64,000 bases of DNA. It comes from a virus (taxonomy: Duplodnaviria; Caudoviricetes). Position numbers and translations under genes: made by a program. The notes beneath the pieces are model-generated. The model saw nothing but the letters and a program-made list of their open reading frames with translations. It searched no databases and was not told where the DNA came from. The stretch spans positions 20,435-84,434 of the IMG/VR virus record IMGVR_UViG_3300012007_000013; one strand, written 5' to 3'. This document shows, in pieces, positions 59,035 to 64,000 of the stretch. Every line of letters begins with the position of its first letter. The first letter of the stretch is position 1.

Positions 59035-62000
59035 CTAAATTACGTTTTGTTTTTGAATCTCTTGCTCCCACCATTCGGGCAATTCTACTCCTTTATTTCT
59101 CAATGCCATCCCGATATTATCGAGGATATAGTAAGAATAACGCCCTGCACAGTAAGTTATAAATCTGTATCCACCAACCATCTCTAATCCCAGTTCAATA
59201 AGCATTGCATGTAATGAGTAGTATGTTTTTTTCTCACTGTCAAAATAAGCAAGTTTAAACACCGCCTTGCTACCTTTGCTCTTGCTGTCGATGATGATAA
59301 GCAGTGTGTGTTTTTTGACCGCGTTGAAAAACTCATTTAATTTCTCGTTGAAAAATATTGCATCCATTGGTTGTCCTCCTATTCTTCGTTTCTAAGTTTG
59401 TAAAAGCACAGCAGTTGGAAGATGCCGTCTAAATAGTTCAGCATCTCGGCACTGGATTTTCGGCCGTCGAATCCCAGACAACTGCGGTGATGTCCACCTC
59501 CCTCCGCAATTTCATACATATTCCATCCGCCATATTGGGCGGCATAAGATATTTCGTACTTAGTTCCGAGCCTCTTGTTGATGTAATTAACTCGGTACTC
59601 AATTAACCTTCTATATTCTGTTCTTGTCATAACTATTGATTTTGTTTGTTATACATTAATTGATTTTTGCAAAACTCTCAAGTTCATACGTAATGCCTCC
59701 GGGGTAGTCGGCGTACTGTTTCAGCCACTTGTCAAAGTGCATCGACAAGTAACTTTCAAAGTTTTCAAGAGCCGCCTCGTTCGCGGCCAACTTCTTGATT
59801 GCGGCACAGAACTGGCGTGCCTCTTCTGCATATTTTCTGTTCATAATTTTGTTATTTAATCATTTCTGCATTATTGCATTGCGGACGGATAGAGTTCTCA
59901 CTCACTCCGCCCAAAAACCTCTATCGAAGTATTTTCTGTATGGTTCTAATCTCTGCATCGTAATCCTGCCCTGCGCAATACGTTCCACGCACCTTTTTGT
60001 CGTAGTGTTTCTTTTGTATTGTCAGCCGTTGCAAGATTCCATAACTTTGTCCACAGTAGTACCTGACATTGTTAAACTGCGTCTTCGTCACTCTGCTGTA
60101 TACAGCGTTGGCGAACAGTTTCACCGCACGTTCAATCTCTTCCTCCGGAAGCTCGAATTTGTACCACTTCCTTGATTTCGCGTGATAGAATTGTCTCGCC
60201 ATAAATTCATTGTAATTCATTTCGTGAGACCAACATTGGCCGAGCAATCCTTCAAGGGTCTTATATTTTCGTGTTTTCATTGTTGTGTGTTTTTAAAATT
60301 CGACTACTAATTCAGCCCTGTATCCCTTGCTTTTGTCAAGGCAGGATAGATTGTATGACGCAAGTGCTCTGTAGTCGCTCGTCGCAACTACATCGGCAAG
60401 CGTTCGCCCGTTCTGCACCACCTTGTACATTCCGAGTTTCCTCTCTCCATTCATAACGGCAATGACATCGTCAAGTTCCAAGTCCTCCCACGTCCCTCCG
60501 TGGTAGTTCTTGTCGATATATTTTCTCATTCTTTCAAAAGCATTCATATCATTCTCCTTTCTCCCTGTATTGCTTGACGCAGACATATCCGCGCTGCATC
60601 ATCGCGGCGGCGTATTCCTCGCCCTTTTTCATATCAGCGAACCAACCGCTGACTATTGCTCCGCCCTTGTCGGTCAGGGCTGTGACCTTCATTTGTTTCT
60701 TCATTTTGTTTATTGTTTTATAGGTTTGTATTTCTTTTTGAATTCACCAACCGTCATCCCGAATATCTTCGTTATGATGAAGTTCAGTTCCTCAAGTGTG
60801 GCATTTACTGCACTGCTGCCGTAGTTCCTCCAAAACCAGTACGGGCCGCCGCTGTTATTGCCGTACCCGTAGCATAATACGGTGCTCCATATATCCTCCT
60901 GCACGCATACCTTCGGCAGCAGTTCGCAGTAACGAACGCCGCTGCGGAGATTGTGCGCGAGTTCTTTTAGTTCTTCTGTGTATTTCATAATTCCCCATCG
61001 TATAATTGTTCCATAACGTCCGCGAGTTCGCTGAGGTCGCGGTATACCTCATAGTCTGAATAATTTTGATACATAGCTATTCCTCCTACATTATACCATT
61101 CTTTTTCTTGCACTCGTCATAGAGCGCCTGCCACGCCCTATGGTTGTTATATCCACATAGTTCCCACAATTCGCTGTGGTCGGGGTCGTCCAGCCTGTCG
61201 TATGCCAGGCTGTTGTTGCTGTGGCACTTGTATTTTTTTCCACGGTAGATTATTCGGACTTCATATTGTCCATATCCGCACTTGGTGACGCGCACGCGGT
61301 CGCGCAGCTCGCTTGTCGTCATATTTTAATTTATTTCTTGAATTTCGAAAAAACATCTATCATTCTCTCGAATTTCTTTTTGATTTACCAGCCTTCTGGC
61401 GTACTTATCCAAATCATCCTGCGAAAAGGAGGACAGAAGATTTTTAGTCTTTGATGAAATTTTAACGTCAAAGACTATTCGATTGCAATGCCATATAAGC
61501 ATTGCGAATTCTCTTGGTTTTGGTTTCATAATTGTTAAATTTATTAAAAGGTTTGCAAAATCATTTTTTAAGTTCATTGTAAATGTCCCGCAAATAGCCG
61601 TGCAAGTCTTCGGCGTCAAAGATGGAACACCCTGGCGTGTTTATCTCCAACTCAATAAACTTGTCACCACCGCAGATATAGTTCGCCTCGGTGGCATCCT
61701 TTGCCGTGAAGAACATCAGTTCCCCACGTCTCGTTATTGTCGCAAAACTTTTCATTGTTAAAATTGTTAAAATGTTTGTAACTATTCTCAGAAAATTTAT
61801 TCGCGTGCAGGCACGTGAGGGCGTTGATTATATTACATTCGCCCTCGCGCGACCCGTCATACACGCAGTTATTATTCTCATATTATACCATTCATCGCCG
61901 TCACGATGGCAGAACGTTCCCCTTGTAGGCTGTCCTCGTCCCGCATCATACACGACATAATTATCTCGCAAGCCATCTCTGTCAGCCCGACCAACTCAAC

Positions 62001-62090
62001 GCATTTTGACGTCTCATTGTACTCGAATTTCGCACACAACCATTCAATAAACGATGGTGTATATTCATCGCGGTAAATTCTCAAATTCAT
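59035..62090 (-). CDS. cluster of small early hypothetical proteins (59035-59367, 59379-59630, 59656-59844, 59921-60280, 60293-60586, 60710-60988, 61086-61322, 61561-61755, 61878-62090)
   Basis: Co-oriented short ORFs typical of a host-takeover region. Confidence 0.55.
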
Positions 62091-62268
62091 AATTTATTCT
62101 TTTTTTTCGTTAATAAATTCATTTAATTTTTCGTACATTTTGTACTCAGTGACCACAACGCAATCCCTCGCATCGTGGCCATATTGTTCTATCATTATTC
62201 GGACTCCCTTCCTCGTTCCAAATTCTCAGACAAAACGCTGTCTAAACGATTCGTTTGTCTATGATATA

Positions 62269-62815
62269 CAATTCGGTTACGAATTACATAATCAACAATT
62301 CGACTATGCAATAAGATTCTCAGACTAATACAACCATACAAGCAGTATCCGATTTTGTCACTTATCGGACTTACTCATAACATTGTGCATCGTATTAGTG
62401 CGTATGTGTAGTTTGCAATTCCTTTCTCGCAATAGTCGCATACGTCCTTTCGGTGTAATTCGCCCTATTCACGTTCATACCAATTCATAGTCATTCCTTA
62501 CAGCGGTTGTTTCAATTCATTGGCAATTCTGCAATTCGTTTGAAGTCCACGGACTATTCGGCCACGATAGTCAATATTTTGAGCCCTCTCACAACGTTTT
62601 CGCTTCTTGTGTAGGTGTGTCTACAATCTTCACACTTGCATATTGTTCGTTGTTGTTTTCGTTGTTTGTTGTTTTGTTTGTTGTTATTCTCAATACGACA
62701 GAGCTATAACAACTTGCTGCAACAATTCTCTACTCACAACAAACTACTAAATGTGTAGTTTGCGCCCTTCTCGACAAGTTCATTGTGCTATTATAACACA
62801 ATTCACACACAATTC
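62269..62815 (-). repeat. array of ten GAATTG motifs in a long non-coding region
   Basis: CAATTC on + at 62269, 62296, 62416, 62481, 62513, 62524, 62532, 62723, 62799, 62810. Confidence 0.7.
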
Positions 62816-63004
62816 ACTATTCGTTGTGCTTTCGTACTACATACAGCTGTTTTGCTGTCCCTTTTGCGTACTCAATAAATTCACCTCTTTACACACTTAG
62901 CTTGTGGCCGTTTGTTGTGTGTGTCCTTGTGGGACTGGTTACTTAGGGCGAGCCTATTGAATTGGACAATAGCAAAGGCGCCAGCGCTCGCCGTTTAAGG
63001 CCGT

Positions 63005-63526
63005 TTATTTTGCGGCCTTGTTAATGTTATTTAACAGAGTACGCAATTCATTGTTTTTTGCCTTGCTTGCTATCAGTCTGTAAAGTGTTTCTACTTTATA
63101 ATTACCCTTATTGTCAATGTATAACGGCAATGTTGTTTCGGTTACTTGTTGCAATATAGTTTGTGCGGCCTCGCCCTTAAGAGCAGAAACAATTTTTTTG
63201 TCTAGACCGTTCACGGTTGCAACTTGCTTAATGTAGGACATAAGGCTGTCTATTGCTCCTTGTACATTTGCAGAACTTGCGTTTGCCGTTCTTACATTGG
63301 CAATTGTAATGTTTGCAAACCCTACAGCGTTCATTTTCACTTGTTTTAAGGCCTCAAAACGTTTTGTTGCAATTTCTAACCTTTTGGCCTTATTGGCCTC
63401 TATTTTTTCCAATCTTTCGGCCTTTGCAACAGCTTTTTCCATATCATCCTTTGCAGTTGTTTGCTTTTTGCTGGTTTCTTTTGCGTTGTTTGCTTTTGCG
63501 TTTGCGTTTTTAACTTGTTTTTTCAT
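63005..63526 (-). CDS. basic Lys/Ala/Asn-rich hypothetical protein
   Basis: 173 aa; promoter TACTTTTG at 63579-63586 (-). Confidence 0.7.
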   Translation of the reverse strand: MKKQVKNANAKANNAKETSKKQTTAKDDMEKAVAKAERLEKIEANKAKRLEIATKRFEALKQVKMNAVGFANITIANVRTANASSANVQGAIDSLMSYIKQVATVNGLDKKIVSALKGEAAQTILQQVTETTLPLYIDNKGNYKVETLYRLIASKAKNNELRTLLNNINKAAK

Positions 63527-63960
63527 TTTGTTTAAGTTTTAAAGTTTATAAATATGTTTTTTGATGTTCAACTGAATGCAAAAGTACTAAAAATTTTGAA
63601 TGTACCAAACATTTCTTCAAAAAAAAATTTCAAAATAGATTAAAATATTGAAAACCAGACAGAAAAAAATGAAAAAAAATTTTAAAGCAAGCGAAAAAAC
63701 TGCAAAAATTGACAAAAAAAGAGCGAAAAAAATCAAAATTTACAAAAAAATACCACATTAAAATAAAGCAAAATGATTATAATATTGTAAAACAGAACAT
63801 TACAAAGGTTTATGTTTACAATGTGCTGTAAATGAGCAAAATAACAAAAATACTCAAAATAAACCAAAATGAATATATATGCAGAATATTATATATATAA
63901 AAAGGCAATGAACCGCGGTTTTTTGCCGTCTGCTGGTTTTTTTCCGGCTGTGATTATCGA

Positions 63961-63996
63961 GGGGAGGGGGAGGGGGAACGGGAGCAGCGGGAGGGG
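63961..63996 (+). other. G-quadruplex-forming motif
   Basis: GGGGAGGGGGAGGGGGAACGGGAGCAGCGGGAGGGG: six G-runs of 3 or more. Confidence 0.5.
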
Positions 63997-64000
63997 CGTC

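Noticed and set aside
1-64000. CRISPR array, diversity-generating retroelement, invertible shufflon or integrase
   Set aside because: No regularly spaced repeats, no reverse transcriptase or template/variable repeat pair, and no recombinase motifs or long inverted repeats were found by eye.

Overview
The window is a 64 kb segment of a large tailed phage genome, probably a siphovirus infecting a Bacteroidota (Bacteroidales-like) host. The host call rests on many TAnnTTTG promoter elements, lipoprotein genes, an HU-like gene and a DUF3127-type protein. The + strand from 1 to 25.6 kb carries head-tail and tail genes (two tail-tube paralogues, chaperones, a 1686-aa tape measure protein), a lysis trio (GH108 endolysin, holin-like protein, u-spanin-like protein), a hub protein split by one TAA, an intact tnpB without tnpA, a fibre with a deacetylase-like domain, and an uncharacterised ~5 kb nine-gene cassette bracketed by two paralogous genes. 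The - strand from 25.7 to 63.5 kb carries recombination, replication and modification genes (HU, SSB-like, DUF1064 nuclease, MBL-fold hydrolase, RecT, SMC-like ATPase, an initiator with iterons, four methyltransferase-like genes) and four further HNH-type endonucleases (a fifth lies antisense inside the cassette), followed by dozens of small early genes and a ~0.9 kb non-coding, motif-rich region. The most unusual signals are: (1) the low-complexity/Cys-cluster/HEXXH cassette; (2) a 15-nt stop-containing mini-hairpin inside the MBL catalytic motif, a candidate for ribosomal bypass; (3) two homing endonucleases that carry replacement ends for the genes they interrupt; (4) pseudoknot-type leaders in front of free-standing HNH genes; (5) clamp-binding-like QLxLF tails on all methyltransferases; (6) a tRNA-like element with a collapsed anticodon loop; (7) a non-coding region with ten GAATTG motifs. 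No integrase, capsid or terminase gene lies in the window, so lifestyle cannot be determined. All family assignments come from motif recognition, not database searches.
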